Notes under the pieces: generated by a model | What the model saw: only the letters and a program-made list of their open reading frames with translations | Databases searched by the model: none | What the model was told of the DNA's origin: nothing | In this document: positions 25,503-35,910 of the stretch, piece by piece | How the letters are laid out: each line of letters begins with the position of its first letter | Numbering within the stretch: position 1 is the first letter of the stretch | Assembly: GCA_963785305.1 (NCBI GenBank) | Contig: CAWAUV010000008.1 | Coordinates: 1,088,001 to 1,152,000 of the forward strand | DNA from: an uncultured Planctomycetaceae bacterium | GTDB lineage: Bacteria > Planctomycetota > Planctomycetia > Pirellulales > PALSA-1355 | Length of the DNA: 64,000 bases | Direction: 5' to 3' | Position numbers and translations under genes: made by a program

Positions 25503-26992
25503 ATGATGCTCGAGTTCAAGAAACGTTTTCTCTTCGTCGGTTTCGGTTCCGTGGCCCAATGCACGTTGCCGATCTTGCTCAAACATATCAACGTCGCGCC
25601 GCAAAACATCACGGTGATCGACTTCGAGGACCGCGCGGCCGCGCTCCAGCCCTGGATCGAGCAAGGCGTGCGCTTCGAGCGGATTCGCATCGCGCCCGAA
25701 AATCTCGGCCGGGTACTGAGCAAGTTTCTCTCCGCGGGCGATGTGCTGATCGACTTGGCGTGGAATATCGACTGCTGCGAGATCGTGCAGTGGTGCCATG
25801 ATCGCGGCGTGTTGTATCTCAACACTTCGGTCGAAGTGTGGGATCCCTACGACCAGAGCCTCTACGCCCGGCCGGTGCAGCGCACTCTCTACTGGCGCCA
25901 CATGCGCATCCGCCGCATGCGCGATCGCTGGGCGCAGCAAGACCGCGGCAAGACCGGCGCCGGCAAAAGCGGCCCCACCGCCGTGCTCGAACATGGCGCC
26001 AATCCCGGCCTGATTTCCCACTTCACCAAACACGCCCTCCTCGAGATCGCCCAACGAGCGATCGACGAGAAAGCGATCGACGGGCCGACCATCGATCTCG
26101 CGCGGCAAGCGATGACCGATCGGGCCTTCAACCTTCTGGCGATGCACCTGGGAGTGAAGGTGATTCATTGCTCGGAGCGCGACACGCAGATCTCGAATCG
26201 CCCCAAGGAAGTCGACGAATTCGTGAACACCTGGAGCGTGGAAGGATTTCGCGAGGAAGGCACGACCACGGCCGAAATGGGCTGGGGCACGCACGAAAAA
26301 GACCTCCCGCCCCATGCCTTCGAACACGAAGACGGCCCGAGGAATCAAATCTGCCTCGCGAAGATGGGCCTCAACACCTGGGTCCGCTCATGGGTGCCCA
26401 ACCACACGATCCGCGGCATGGTGGTGCGACATGGCGAGGCGTTTACCATCTCCGACAAGCTCACGGTTTGGGAAGACGGCCGCGCCGCGTATCGCCCCAC
26501 GGTTCACTACGCCTATTGCCCCTGCGACGCCGCGATCGCCTCGCTCAATGAACTCCGCGGTTGCGATTACCAACTCCAATCGCGTGCCCGAATCATGGGC
26601 GATGAAATCACGAGCGGCTCCGATATTCTCGGGCGCTGGTGATGGGCCATGTTTTCGGCTCCTGGTGGACCGGCAGCGATCTGAGCATCGAGGAGTCGCG
26701 CCGGCTCGTGCCGCATCAAAACGCCACCACCGTGCAAGTCGCCATTTCGGTGGTGGCGGCCACGATGTGGATGATTCAAAATCCGGCTCGCGGCGTGTGT
26801 GTGCCCGACGATCTGCCGCACGAGACGATACTCGAAACCGCCCGACCCTACTTGGGCAATTTTATTTCAACCCCCTCGGACTGGACTCCGCTGAAGCACT
26901 ACGCCAACACATTCGACGGCCATGTGCGCGACGGGATCGATCGGAGCGATCCCTGGCAGTTCAAGAACTTTTTGGTCGGAGATCGCGACTGA
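25503..26992 (+). CDS. hss: Homospermidine synthase (frameshift near 26635)
   Basis: VGFGSVAQ NAD-binding start, EHGANPGLISHF, IHCSERDTQ, EFVNTWSVEGF, RPTVHYAY; continues in 26639..26992 with QNATTVQVA and DPWQFKNF. Confidence 0.88.
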
Positions 26993-28151
26993 TGATCCCT
27001 CTCGAACAACTCGCATCGCTGGCCCAGGAACATGGCACGCCGCTGTTTGTCGTCGACCACGAAGCGCTGCGCCGCAACTACGCCACCTTCAAACAGCATC
27101 TGCCCCGGGTGCAAGCCTACTACGCGGTGAAGGCGAATTCCGATCCGCGAATCGTGAAGACCTTTTACGAAGCCGGGGCAAGCATGGACGTGGCCTCGAT
27201 GGCCGAATTTCACTTGGCCTACGACAACATCAAGTCGCTGCCCGAATCCGAGCGGCAGGCGTTTGTTTGGGACAAGATCATCTACGCCAATCCGATCAAG
27301 GACAACGCCACGCTCATCGAGCTGAATCCCTACAAGCCGCTGGTCACCTACGACAACCTGGCCGAGATTCAAAAGCTGCGCAATACGCGCCCCAGGCCGG
27401 CTTGATCTTGCGGGTCCGTGTGCCGAATACCGGCGCCGTGGTCGAGTTATCGAGCAAGTTCGGCGCCTCGTCGGCCGAAGCGGTCGACCTGATCGCCGCC
27501 GCGTTCGACGCGGGCCTCACGGTCGAGGGGCTCAGTTTTCACGTCGGCAGCCAGTGCGGCAACTTCGCCAACTATGTGCAGGCGCTCCACCTCTCGGCCC
27601 ACATCTTCGAGGAAGCCCATAGCCGGGGCTATCCGCAGGTGAAGATTCTGGACATCGGCGGTGGATTTCCCGCGCCCTACGATCAGCATGTGCGCCCCTT
27701 CGAAGAGCTGGCCGCGCTGCTCAACGCCGAGTTCGACGCGCTCTTTCCGGCCGACATGGAAATTCTGGCCGAGCCGGGCCGGTTCCTCGTCGCCTCGGCC
27801 GCCACGAGCGTGGCCACGGTCATCGGTAAAGCCACACGCGACGGCAAGCCGTGTTACTACATCAACGATGGCGTGTATCACACCTACTCGGGCGTGATCT
27901 TCGACCACATTCACTACCCGGTGCATGCTTTTCGCGAAGGCCCGTTGAAGGTGAGCGCGGTGTTTGGCCCCACCTGCGACGCGCTCGACACGATCTCGCT
28001 TTCGGAGCAATTGCCCGACATGGAATTGGGCGACCTGGTCTATAGCCGCAACATGGGCGCATATACGCATGCGTCGTCGACGTATTTCAACGGTTTCCCG
28101 CCTTCGAAAGTCGTGCATTTGAACCTGACGCCGGCGGCTGTCGCGGGCTAA
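26992..28151 (+). CDS. Fold-type III PLP-dependent ornithine/lysine decarboxylase (frameshift near 27378)
   Basis: TGATG coupling to hss; YYAVKANS, SSKFGA, SFHVGSQ, LDIGGGFP, AEPGRF, FGPTCDALD, MGAYT. Confidence 0.9.
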
Positions 28152-28238
28152 CTGCCGGTTGACAATTTCGCGGCGCTGGGTTATCCATAAAAGCCTACCG
28201 CTGGCGCGGCGCGATTCGCGTGCCTCGCGCGGTTCCAT

Positions 28239-28311
28239 GCCCCCATCGTCTAGTGGCCCAGGACGTCGGGTTCTCAGTCCGAAAACCGGGGTTCGACTCC
28301 CCGTGGGGGTA
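28239..28311 (+). tRNA. tRNA-Glu (anticodon CTC), CCA not encoded
   Basis: Acceptor GCCCCCA/TGGGGGT, D-arm TAGTGG, anticodon arm TCGGG-TTCTCAG-TCCGA, T-loop GGTTCGACTCC. Confidence 0.97.
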
Positions 28312-29562
28312 GTGAACAAGTTTGCACTAGGTCGCAAGGGACCGCAAGGCCCGGAAATTCCGGGCCTTTTTCATGCGCTGACACTTTGGCCGGTAACGCC
28401 ATGCGAGCCAGTTCGGCAGTGTTCTGCACCGGATTCTGCACGCTTTTTCGGCCGTCGCTTTATTGAAGTCGGCGTCTGTCACTTGGAGGTAATGCCGGGC
28501 CGCAATCAGCGCCGAGTTGCCGATCCAGGCGACGACGACGTGCAGGGGGTGGCTATGGGTCAACTCGGTTTCGCGGCTGGCCCGCATGTTCTGGAACGGT
28601 CGCGGCCACATATTCAAGCCGGCCCGATCGACAATCCGCCCAAACTGGGTTCGTAGGTTGATGCCACTGTCGCCGCTGTTGGGGATGACGAATTCGGTCC
28701 CCGGTTCGGCATCATCGAAAGCCTGCTCCAAATACGGGCGCAGTTCCGGGAATAGGGGAATCATGCGACTCGCCCCGCCTTCGTGGTGCTCGGTTTTGGG
28801 GCTCGTGATCTTGATTCGGCCGCCCGCCCAATCAACGTCGCCCCAGCGGAGCGAATATGTTTCCGACGGCGTTCTGAGCCCTCCGTAGCGAGCCAGGGCT
28901 ACGATCAGCCGCCATTTCGCATTCGGACAGGCCGCGATGATCTTGGCCGTGGCCTCCTGCGTGACGAAAAACTCTTGGCTTTTGTTCACCTGTGCCGCCG
29001 CCTTCACGTCCGCGAATGGATTGTCGGGAATCAGCTTTTTGCGAACGGCAGCCCGGAAGAATTGTTTTGCTCGCTTGACGTTCCGGCCGATCGTCGCCGG
29101 CGCCTGTCCGCGGCGGACTTCGTTGGAATGCCAGTCGTCGCAATCGCCGGGCGTCACGTCCGCAAGCCGCCGTTCCTTGCCGAAGAAATCGACCAGGATT
29201 CGTTCGGTCTGGCGGTAGTTCTTGAGCGTGTTCGGCTTCATGTTCGGACGTCCGCCAATGTATTCGCCGACGAACGCGGCCAGCGTGACCGATTGGGCCA
29301 CCGTGAGCCCGCGGCGCGGCGTCAATCCCGCCTTGGCCAGCTTTTTCGCCAGGGTGTCGCCGATGGTCGTCAGCCAATGCGATGTTTCATCGTCCACCGG
29401 ATGCCCTGCAATCTGCGCCGCGTTCAATTGCTCGACGCGAAACTTGAACTTCAGCGCATTGCGCCGACTCGCCTTGCCGATGCGGATGCTACGGCGCTTG
29501 CCATCGCCGCCGACAAACTGGATTATTCGCCGGCCTTCGGCGTCTTTTGAGATACTTGCCAT
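28274..29562 (-). CDS. int: Tyrosine recombinase/integrase (stops at 28327 as sequenced; a 1-nt fix near 28441 extends it through att to a TGA at 28274)
   Basis: N-terminal arm-binding region (GKRRSIRIG), SAM-like core, catalytic GGLRTPSE, KTEHH, FQNMRASRET, WIGNS, RHY. Confidence 0.93.
28292..28311 (+). repeat. att core, tRNA-side copy (attL)
   Basis: TTCGACTCCCCGTGGGGGTA, identical to 42839-42858. Confidence 0.95.
28346..28371 (+). terminator. Rho-independent terminator for the tRNA, supplied by the element
   Basis: AAGGCCCGGAA-A-TTCCGGGCCTT followed by further Ts, 35 nt after the tRNA. Confidence 0.7.
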
Positions 29563-29687
29563 GCCGATCGGTCCCTTTCGTAAATTTTAGGCCCCAGATT
29601 CGCGTCTACGGGCTTCGGATGGTCGGTCGTGAGTGTTGAGCCGCGTGTCAGTCCGATGCGTTAAATCGCGTGCTAGGCGTTCGCTGC

Positions 29688-29897
29688 TCATTTGCCTTTA
29701 GACTTCGCAGCGGCAGCCGCAAGTAGAATCCCGCGAGCCCACGTCGATGGCGCTGGCTGGCCCGCGGCTTTGATAATCGCCGCCTCGCCGGCAGTTACCC
29801 GAATTAGAAAATGTGTCTCGCGCCGGTCGGCGGCGGCTTTGGGCGGTCGGCCCATGCGCGGCTTTGCGGCCATTTTTGTGCGGCGTTGTTTTCCCAT
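29688..29897 (-). CDS. Small ribbon-helix-helix-like DNA-binding protein
   Basis: MGRPPKAAADRRETHFLIRVTAGEAAIIKAAG..STWARGILLAAA fits an RHH pattern; directly upstream of int. Confidence 0.55.
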   Translation of the reverse strand: MGKQRRTKMAAKPRMGRPPKAAADRRETHFLIRVTAGEAAIIKAAGQPAPSTWARGILLAAAAAKSKGK

Positions 29898-30121
29898 GAA
29901 CATATCGTATAGCGGAAAAGCTATCACGCAAGGGCTGGCGGCGCCGTTTTGCAAGCCGCTGGCGAAAACGTCGAAAACCCCCGGTGTTTCTTGCGGTTGC
30001 ATCGTGCAACCGCAAGTTCCCCTAAAGGGGAAACCACTGGGCAACGGTTACCAGTGAGCCCCGCGAAAAGTGTCTCATCGTGGGACACTTTCAAGCCGGG
30101 CCTGCCCGCCCTTGCCTATCT

Positions 30122-30448
30122 TTACTTCACTTGCAGTTCTGCAAGTGGAGTGCTGGCGGCGTTCATTTTCTTGGCATCGCGCTTCGGAACAGGTGAATAC
30201 GTTTTCGTATTCACCTGTTCTTTGCCGCGCCGGCCGGCTGGATTCGGAGATTCTCCGGCTTTGAATTGGGTAGCCTTTTGCCGCTCGGCTTTCTCCGCGG
30301 CGATCAGCGGCAGAGCCTCGCCGGTCCACTTGTCGAAAATCAAGTGAGATCGCGACCTGGCCAACGGTGCTAGCCACGTGCATTTTCTTGGCGTCGCGCT
30401 TCGGAACAGGTGGACCTGTTTTCGGGTCCACCTGTTCTTTGCTCCCAT
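30122..30448 (-). pseudogene. Duplicated fragments of a phage gene with a DUF5681-like QFKxGxSxNPxGR motif
   Basis: ERQKATQFKAGESPNPAGRRGK; the segment KEQV.(P/T)KT..PVPKRDAKKM..AST occurs twice in different frames. Confidence 0.45.
30164..30441. repeat. Two ~60-bp direct repeats, each containing a 15-bp-arm hairpin
   Basis: 30164-30224 and 30381-30441; hairpins at 30187-30220 and 30404-30437. Confidence 0.9.
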
Positions 30449-30627
30449 TCGCGCCCTCGCGTGAGGCTCGCCGATGGGGGGTTAGCCTCAGTTGAGGCTA
30501 GGGTCCACTCGTCGAAACGCAAGTCAAAGCCGCTCGTGGTCTGCTACCAGTCCGCTCCCATCGGGCTACCATCGTCTGCGACCAGAGGTAAACCCGCGGG
30601 TTCCGCTCTGCCATGCCGCGCGAATTG

Positions 30628-30951
30628 TCAAAGACCTTTCGCTGCGAACCGCCGCCCGGCGCCGCGGAAGCGCTCGCTGGCCGTGACGCTAGTTTCCATA
30701 AACGTCACGCGGTTCCGATGCCGGCTTGCGGTGAGTTGTTCGATCAGGTCGGCCGCGCCCTGCCACGTTAAGAATCTTGCCCGCGTTTGCAAGTCGGCCA
30801 GCGATAGCCCGGTGACGTAGCGGAGATGGGTTTCGAGCTTGGCGGGCGCCATCGGGTCGGCCAGCAGCAGCGCGCCGGCGGCCTCGGCGGGCGTTGCGCC
30901 CTTGGCGACCAGCACGGCGGCTACGATAGTTTGTTCGGCGAGTTGAACCAT
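30628..30951 (-). CDS. Hypothetical protein
   Basis: 107-aa ATG ORF co-oriented with the element. Confidence 0.5.
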   Translation of the reverse strand: MVQLAEQTIVAAVLVAKGATPAEAAGALLLADPMAPAKLETHLRYVTGLSLADLQTRARFLTWQGAADLIEQLTASRHRNRVTFMETSVTASERFRGAGRRFAAKGL

Positions 30952-31114
30952 GTTCGGCCCGATTCTAAAACCCGCCGGCCGCCGCGGAAGCGAAAACCGC
31001 AGCGACCGACGGGACCGGAGGCGGCGACAAGCCGCACATTCGATGTTTCAAAAACCCGGCGCCGACCAAAGGATCGACGCGCCGGGCCGCAGTCACCACC
31101 CGCGGGAACTTTTG

Positions 31115-32122
31115 TTAGCGGCTGCCGGACAGCTCAAGCAGCCGCAATTTGGATCGAAGGGTGAACAATTCGTCCTGCCACGCCAGACGCGGCGCGGACG
31201 ATTCCAGTTCAAGCAAGCGCCGACGCGCGAACGTCATTGCCTCATCTTCCAGCGAAATGGAACGCTCGCCGGCCAAGTGTTTCGTGACCGCGTGGTGCGC
31301 GCCAGCCAGGGCAATCGCCTTCAATTTGTTCGCGTTGGTTCCCGTTTGCTTGGCTTTGGCAATCGCTTCCGCGGCGTGTTGGCCGGCAAGTGCATGGCCG
31401 GCGTGAACCGCGGCGGTGACAGCGGCGTGAACGGTGCCTTTGGCCAAAGCGCGCTGGAGCACGCCAAGGCGGGCAGCATCGCGTTGGCCGGCGGCGTGGG
31501 CAATCGTCTTGACGCCGCTGGCGAATTTTCCATCGCTGGCGTGGTTTGGATTAAAACGAAAATCCGCGTCGACGATGTCCGTGTCGTCGTCGATCAATTC
31601 GGCGTCGAGCGAACGAACGTCGATCGTGCAAGTGCTGCCGCGATAGGCCGGCTCGCTCACGGGCGACACGTCGAGCAAGTCGATCTTGCGCAGCTCACGC
31701 AGCGCACCGCCTTGCCCATCGCGCGACCACGATTGGCCGTCCGGGCCGGCAACGCGGAAGCCGAAGGATGAATGGCGGATGTCGCCACGGTCGATCGACG
31801 CCAGCATATCGCGAGCGTATGACGTGTCCGGGAGATCGCAATCCCATCGCAAGCCCCGCACGGTGTCGGCAAGTCGTAGCGTGCCGCTCGTCGTGCTGCC
31901 CAGCGGCATGGATCGCTCGTGGTTGACGTAGCATCGCACTTCGGCGCCGCGCTTCAGGCAGTCCGTCACGGCGCCGAACTTGACGACTTCCTTCGCGCCT
32001 CCCATGTCTTCGGACGGGCTGTCATATACTGGCGAATACCCGCCAATTGTGACCTTGCCGCGCTGCTCGCGCACTTCGATTTCTGCCGGTGGCAGGCGGC
32101 GATATTCGATTTCTTGGCTCAT
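31115..32122 (-). CDS. HK97-family prohead protease with C-terminal extension
   Basis: IGGYSPVYDSPSEDMGG, YVNHERSMPLG (His), GTLRLADTVRGL, RGDIRHSSFGF (Ser), DVSPVSEPAY; ATGA-coupled to the upstream ORF. Confidence 0.92.
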   Translation of the reverse strand: MSQEIEYRRLPPAEIEVREQRGKVTIGGYSPVYDSPSEDMGGAKEVVKFGAVTDCLKRGAEVRCYVNHERSMPLGSTTSGTLRLADTVRGLRWDCDLPDTSYARDMLASIDRGDIRHSSFGFRVAGPDGQSWSRDGQGGALRELRKIDLLDVSPVSEPAYRGSTCTIDVRSLDAELIDDDTDIVDADFRFNPNHASDGKFASGVKTIAHAAGQRDAARLGVLQRALAKGTVHAAVTAAVHAGHALAGQHAAEAIAKAKQTGTNANKLKAIALAGAHHAVTKHLAGERSISLEDEAMTFARRRLLELESSAPRLAWQDELFTLRSKLRLLELSGSR

Positions 32123-32364
32123 TGCTGGCCTCGTGTTTCGAGTTGCGCGGTGATCGCGGCGCGTTCGGTTTTGAGCGCAGCAAGTTGGTCGTGAAGCTTG
32201 CGGCATTCCAAGGGACTGCATCTGTCGCTCACTAGCTTTCGCATCGCTTCAAGTTCAAGCTGCGGCAGTTCGGCCAATCGGGCTTCCGCGGCGGATCGCA
32301 GCCTTTCCGCCGAGCCTCGATGCGAAGCATATTCAATCGGTTGTTCCATGTTCGCGGTTTCCAT
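32119..32364 (-). CDS. Small coiled-coil hypothetical protein
   Basis: AAAGG upstream, helical heptads, stop overlaps the protease start. Confidence 0.6.
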   Translation of the reverse strand: METANMEQPIEYASHRGSAERLRSAAEARLAELPQLELEAMRKLVSDRCSPLECRKLHDQLAALKTERAAITAQLETRGQQ

Positions 32365-32383
32365 TTTCAGACCTTTCCTTTCG

Positions 32384-33270
32384 TTAGATGCGGCCGATTT
32401 CGGGATATTCGCGTGCGATTTCCTGCAACCACGTGTGCATTAGCGAGCCCTCTTCCGTCGGGTCGGTGAGCGGCATTCCCCACGGAAGCGCCGGCACGAC
32501 GTCGGCGAACCAAATTCCGGCGCCTTCCAATTCTTCCCGATTCAACGCTTCGATTTGCGCTTCGACGGCCGCGGCCTTCATGGCGATCGCCAGCTTCTTC
32601 AGTCGCGCCGCGCAGATTTTGCGGATACCGTGTTTTGCGATCAGCCGGCGGCTCGCGGGCGCTGTTCGTCGCGTAGTTCGCGCTCGGAAAACGCGACGGC
32701 CGCGACGACCGAATTCAGCTTGCGCGAGACAATGCCAAGTTGCTCGTTTCGGTCGCCGCTGGCGAACGCCTCATCGCCGACGGTTTCGCCACTGGCCAGC
32801 TTCCGTCCGATCGTCAGGTGTGCGGGTTCGGCGAGTCTGGCCGGCGGAGCACTGAGCAGCGACTCGAGCCGCGCTTTTTCAATGAGCAGATTCGAGTGGC
32901 GATCGAGCCGCGTTTTGTACTCCGGGTCGTCGCGCAAATTGAGCTTTGGCACGTCGGCCTTGGGTCGCTTGGCGGCGATGGCCAACGCGGCCTCGGCGCA
33001 ACAGCGCATCGTTTTCAGGTGCGCGCGAGCGTTGGCGATTTCCGCGACGGCGGCTGCTCGCTCGGATTGCAGTTGCCGATCGGCGATCATCAATTTCGTG
33101 TTGTCGGGACCGCTCGCCGATTCGCTCCAATCTGCCGCGTCAACTCGTTTCGCTTTGGACTTGTTCTCGGCGATACGGCGGTCGATGTCCGCCTGCATTT
33201 CCTTCGCCTGGCGGAGTCTGCATTTCGCTTCGGCAAAGTAGGTGACGTCCTCGATCGTGGCCATTTTCAT
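32384..33270 (-). CDS. Helical/coiled-coil hypothetical protein (~295 aa; probable frameshift near 32657)
   Basis: GGAGG RBS; ORF 32641..33270 joins the open frame ASRRLIAKHG...MKAAAVE of 32384..32581 with a 1-nt fix in a C run. Confidence 0.6.
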
Positions 33271-33288
33271 TCCTCCGGTGTGAAAAAA

Positions 33289-34821
33289 CTAAAGTAACCA
33301 AATTCGTGGTTCGGCGAGTTGTCCTTCTCGCGTGGCCAGTGCCAACGCCATCACGGCGCTCGTCACGCCGTCTATTTTCTCGCTGCTCTTTTTCTTGCTC
33401 GGGCGGCAGTTGCCGCTGCTGTCGGTTTCGATGACGGTGTTGGCGACCATCCAGCGCATGACCGCGTTGCCGTTGTGCTGCATCTTTTGCGAACGAACCA
33501 AAGCCTCGAAGTTTTTGCACGGCTCGTTCATCGTCGCCATGTTTTGGCGGAACTCCTGCACATTGAACCCGTCTTGCAAAAGCTCGCTGGCCATTTGTCG
33601 CGAGTTCCAGGGATCCACGGCAATCCCGCGGATGTTGAATTGCGATTGCAACTCATTGATGCGCTGGCGAATCAGCGGGAATTCCGTCGACGCGCCCGGC
33701 GTCAATTCAACCAGATTGTCGCGGATGAAGCTCGCCGCCGGCTCCTTGCGAGAGTTGCGGTTGGACTCCTCGGGCAGCCAGAAATAAGGGAGCAGCGCGA
33801 ATTGTCCGTCGTCCAGCGGGAAGGCAAGAACCAACGCGGCGTAATCGTCGCGATACGCCAAGTCGAGCCCGGCGTAGCAATCGCGGCCCTCCAAGTCTCG
33901 CGGCTCGAAGTCTGTCGCGCATTCGTCCCATGATTCGCTGGCAATCCAGCGAACCGATGAATCGGTCCACTGATTCAAGTAAAGCTGGCGGAAAACATTT
34001 TCGCGGGCCGGCATGTGCTGCGCTTCGCGGAACAACTCGCGCATGTCGTCCAGGCTGCGGAAGTCGCGGAGCGCTGGATTGGCGGCGGCCCAAACTTTTT
34101 CATCCGTCCAATCGGCATCCTCGGGCGCCTCGAATATGATCGGCAAAAAGCTCGGGTCGGGAATGATTCCGTCGCGCACTTGGCGGGCATACTCCCAAAC
34201 CTTCCAGCAGATTGAATTGCGGTCGTAACCCGCGGTGGTGATCGCGAGCGTTAGCGGCTGTGTGCGGGCGCCCATGCTGGTCGTGAGCACGTCCCAAAGC
34301 TGCGAATTGGGGGCGGCGTGCAGCTCGTCATAAATTAGGCAACTGGCGTTGTAGCCGTGCGCGTGTGGGGCGTCCGCGGGGATGGCTCGATAAACGCTGT
34401 TGGTCGGCCGGTAGATGATCTGCCGGCGGCTTTCCGTGACCTGACAGTGCAACGAAAGCGTCGGATCGTTGCGCACCATCTGGGCGGCGACGTTGAAAAC
34501 GAGGCTGGCTTGCTCGCGGTCGGTGGCGGCGCTGTAGGTTTCGCCGCCTTGCTCGGGCTCGGACACAAGCATGTACAATGCGATTGCGGCGCCGATCTCC
34601 GTCTTGCCATTTTTTCTCGGCAACGCCAGAAACGCTTTTCGGTATTGTCGCGTGCCGTCGTCGCGCAGCCGGCCGAACAACTCGCGCACGATCTGCTGTT
34701 GCCACGGGCGCAGGTCGAATTTCTTCTTGGCCCAGCGGGCGCCCTTGGCGTGTGTCAAGTTGTTGATGAACTTCACGGCGCGATTGGCGGCGGCGTTCGT
34801 CGGGGGACTAGCCAATGACAT
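33289..34821 (-). CDS. terL: Phage terminase large subunit (Terminase_1 / HK97-like)
   Basis: LRPWQ, Walker A PRKNGKT, Walker B IYDELH, ITTAG, nuclease GLDLA, VDPWN, KIDGVTSAVMA. Confidence 0.97.
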   Translation of the reverse strand: MSLASPPTNAAANRAVKFINNLTHAKGARWAKKKFDLRPWQQQIVRELFGRLRDDGTRQYRKAFLALPRKNGKTEIGAAIALYMLVSEPEQGGETYSAATDREQASLVFNVAAQMVRNDPTLSLHCQVTESRRQIIYRPTNSVYRAIPADAPHAHGYNASCLIYDELHAAPNSQLWDVLTTSMGARTQPLTLAITTAGYDRNSICWKVWEYARQVRDGIIPDPSFLPIIFEAPEDADWTDEKVWAAANPALRDFRSLDDMRELFREAQHMPARENVFRQLYLNQWTDSSVRWIASESWDECATDFEPRDLEGRDCYAGLDLAYRDDYAALVLAFPLDDGQFALLPYFWLPEESNRNSRKEPAASFIRDNLVELTPGASTEFPLIRQRINELQSQFNIRGIAVDPWNSRQMASELLQDGFNVQEFRQNMATMNEPCKNFEALVRSQKMQHNGNAVMRWMVANTVIETDSSGNCRPSKKKSSEKIDGVTSAVMALALATREGQLAEPRIWLL

Positions 34822-35257
34822 TTGCGAGCGTCCCTTCCCAGCCAGTGGTCTGCGGCTTGTCTTCGGTCTTCTTCGGGGCGCCGAGCATCCGGTGACGCGC
34901 CGCTGGGCTTAGCCCGAACTCGCCCAGCAGCTGTTGCATCGCCTTGGCGGCCTGGCTGCTAACGGACAGGTTTGGGTTTTGAATCGGATAGCCGGACGGG
35001 CTCTTGACGATGGCGCCCTGCGTGGCAAGTTGTGTTTCAGCGTCCAGCCAGCGAGCCCATGATTGGCAATACATGGCAAGGGCGGCGCGGTCGAGCTGCG
35101 CGACCAGCCCGAGCCCGCGGAGTAAGTTGGTCACGCGCTTCCATTCGGCGGCAGCCTCGCCCGTTAGCTCTTTTGGGCACGATGGTACGCGCACGGGCGC
35201 CTGAATCGGGTCGGCCGATTTCTGCATCGTCTTGAATGTGGGCTTTCGGCCTCTCAC
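34808..35257 (-). CDS. terS: Phage terminase small subunit, P27 family
   Basis: MRGRKP, CPKELTGEAAAEWKR, DRAALAMYC, QNP, EFGLSPAAR. Confidence 0.95.
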   Translation of the reverse strand: MRGRKPTFKTMQKSADPIQAPVRVPSCPKELTGEAAAEWKRVTNLLRGLGLVAQLDRAALAMYCQSWARWLDAETQLATQGAIVKSPSGYPIQNPNLSVSSQAAKAMQQLLGEFGLSPAARHRMLGAPKKTEDKPQTTGWEGTLANVIG

Positions 35258-35910
35258 TTCGCGACTCCCTTGGTCAAAAGCTCGTCAATCCACGCCCTAT
35301 GGAAGTCGAACAGACCGGCATCGTTGAACATTGTCGCGGTTTCGACGTTGTGGCAGGATCGAAGACTGGCGCTCGACTCGACGACGATCGAATGGGCGCC
35401 GGTTTTCAGCAGCAAGATTTTTGCGTGGGTTCGCATGGCCGCGATGCGGAAACCGTGTTTTGAGCAGAGCGCGGCGGCCTGGGCGAAGATTTGGGCGTCG
35501 GCCGCGGCGAAGTAGTGGCTGCACAAGATGTCCAGGCGTTTGACCTGGCTGGCGGTGATAAGCTGGTCGAGCGATTCGACGTTCGCTTTGCTGAATCCCA
35601 AGGTGACGATAGCAAGGTGGTCGAGCGGACGGCCGGACAGTTCGAGCACGGCGCCGATGAAGTCGGCGAGCGCGAATGAACCATTTAGGACACAGTGCAA
35701 CGATTCATCGGGCGCCGGCAGTTTCTCGATCGTCTGAACCGCCGCGCGGTGCTTGTTCAGTACCCTCGTCGATCGCTGCCGCTGGCGGCGCAGCATCCGC
35801 CGGTTCTCGGGCAGGCGCAGGCTGACGTTTGCCAATGTCGATTCATCCGCTGCCGGATAGAACGGTTGAATCGTGCTCATGTCAAAAGGCTTGAGTTCGT
35901 TGGTTGCCAT
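35254..35910 (-). CDS. Phospholipase-D-like (HxK) nuclease-fold protein
   Basis: THAKILLL...IVVESSASLRSCHNVE matches the HxK..(G/S)SxN..N.E pattern of single-domain PLD nucleases; stop overlaps the terS start. Confidence 0.6.
   Translation of the reverse strand: MATNELKPFDMSTIQPFYPAADESTLANVSLRLPENRRMLRRQRQRSTRVLNKHRAAVQTIEKLPAPDESLHCVLNGSFALADFIGAVLELSGRPLDHLAIVTLGFSKANVESLDQLITASQVKRLDILCSHYFAAADAQIFAQAAALCSKHGFRIAAMRTHAKILLLKTGAHSIVVESSASLRSCHNVETATMFNDAGLFDFHRAWIDELLTKGVAK

Noticed and set aside
27360..27405. Polyamine-regulated programmed frameshift in the ornithine decarboxylase (antizyme-like idea)
   Set aside because: No recognisable shift site, and identical 1-nt breaks occur throughout the window; sequencing error is simpler.
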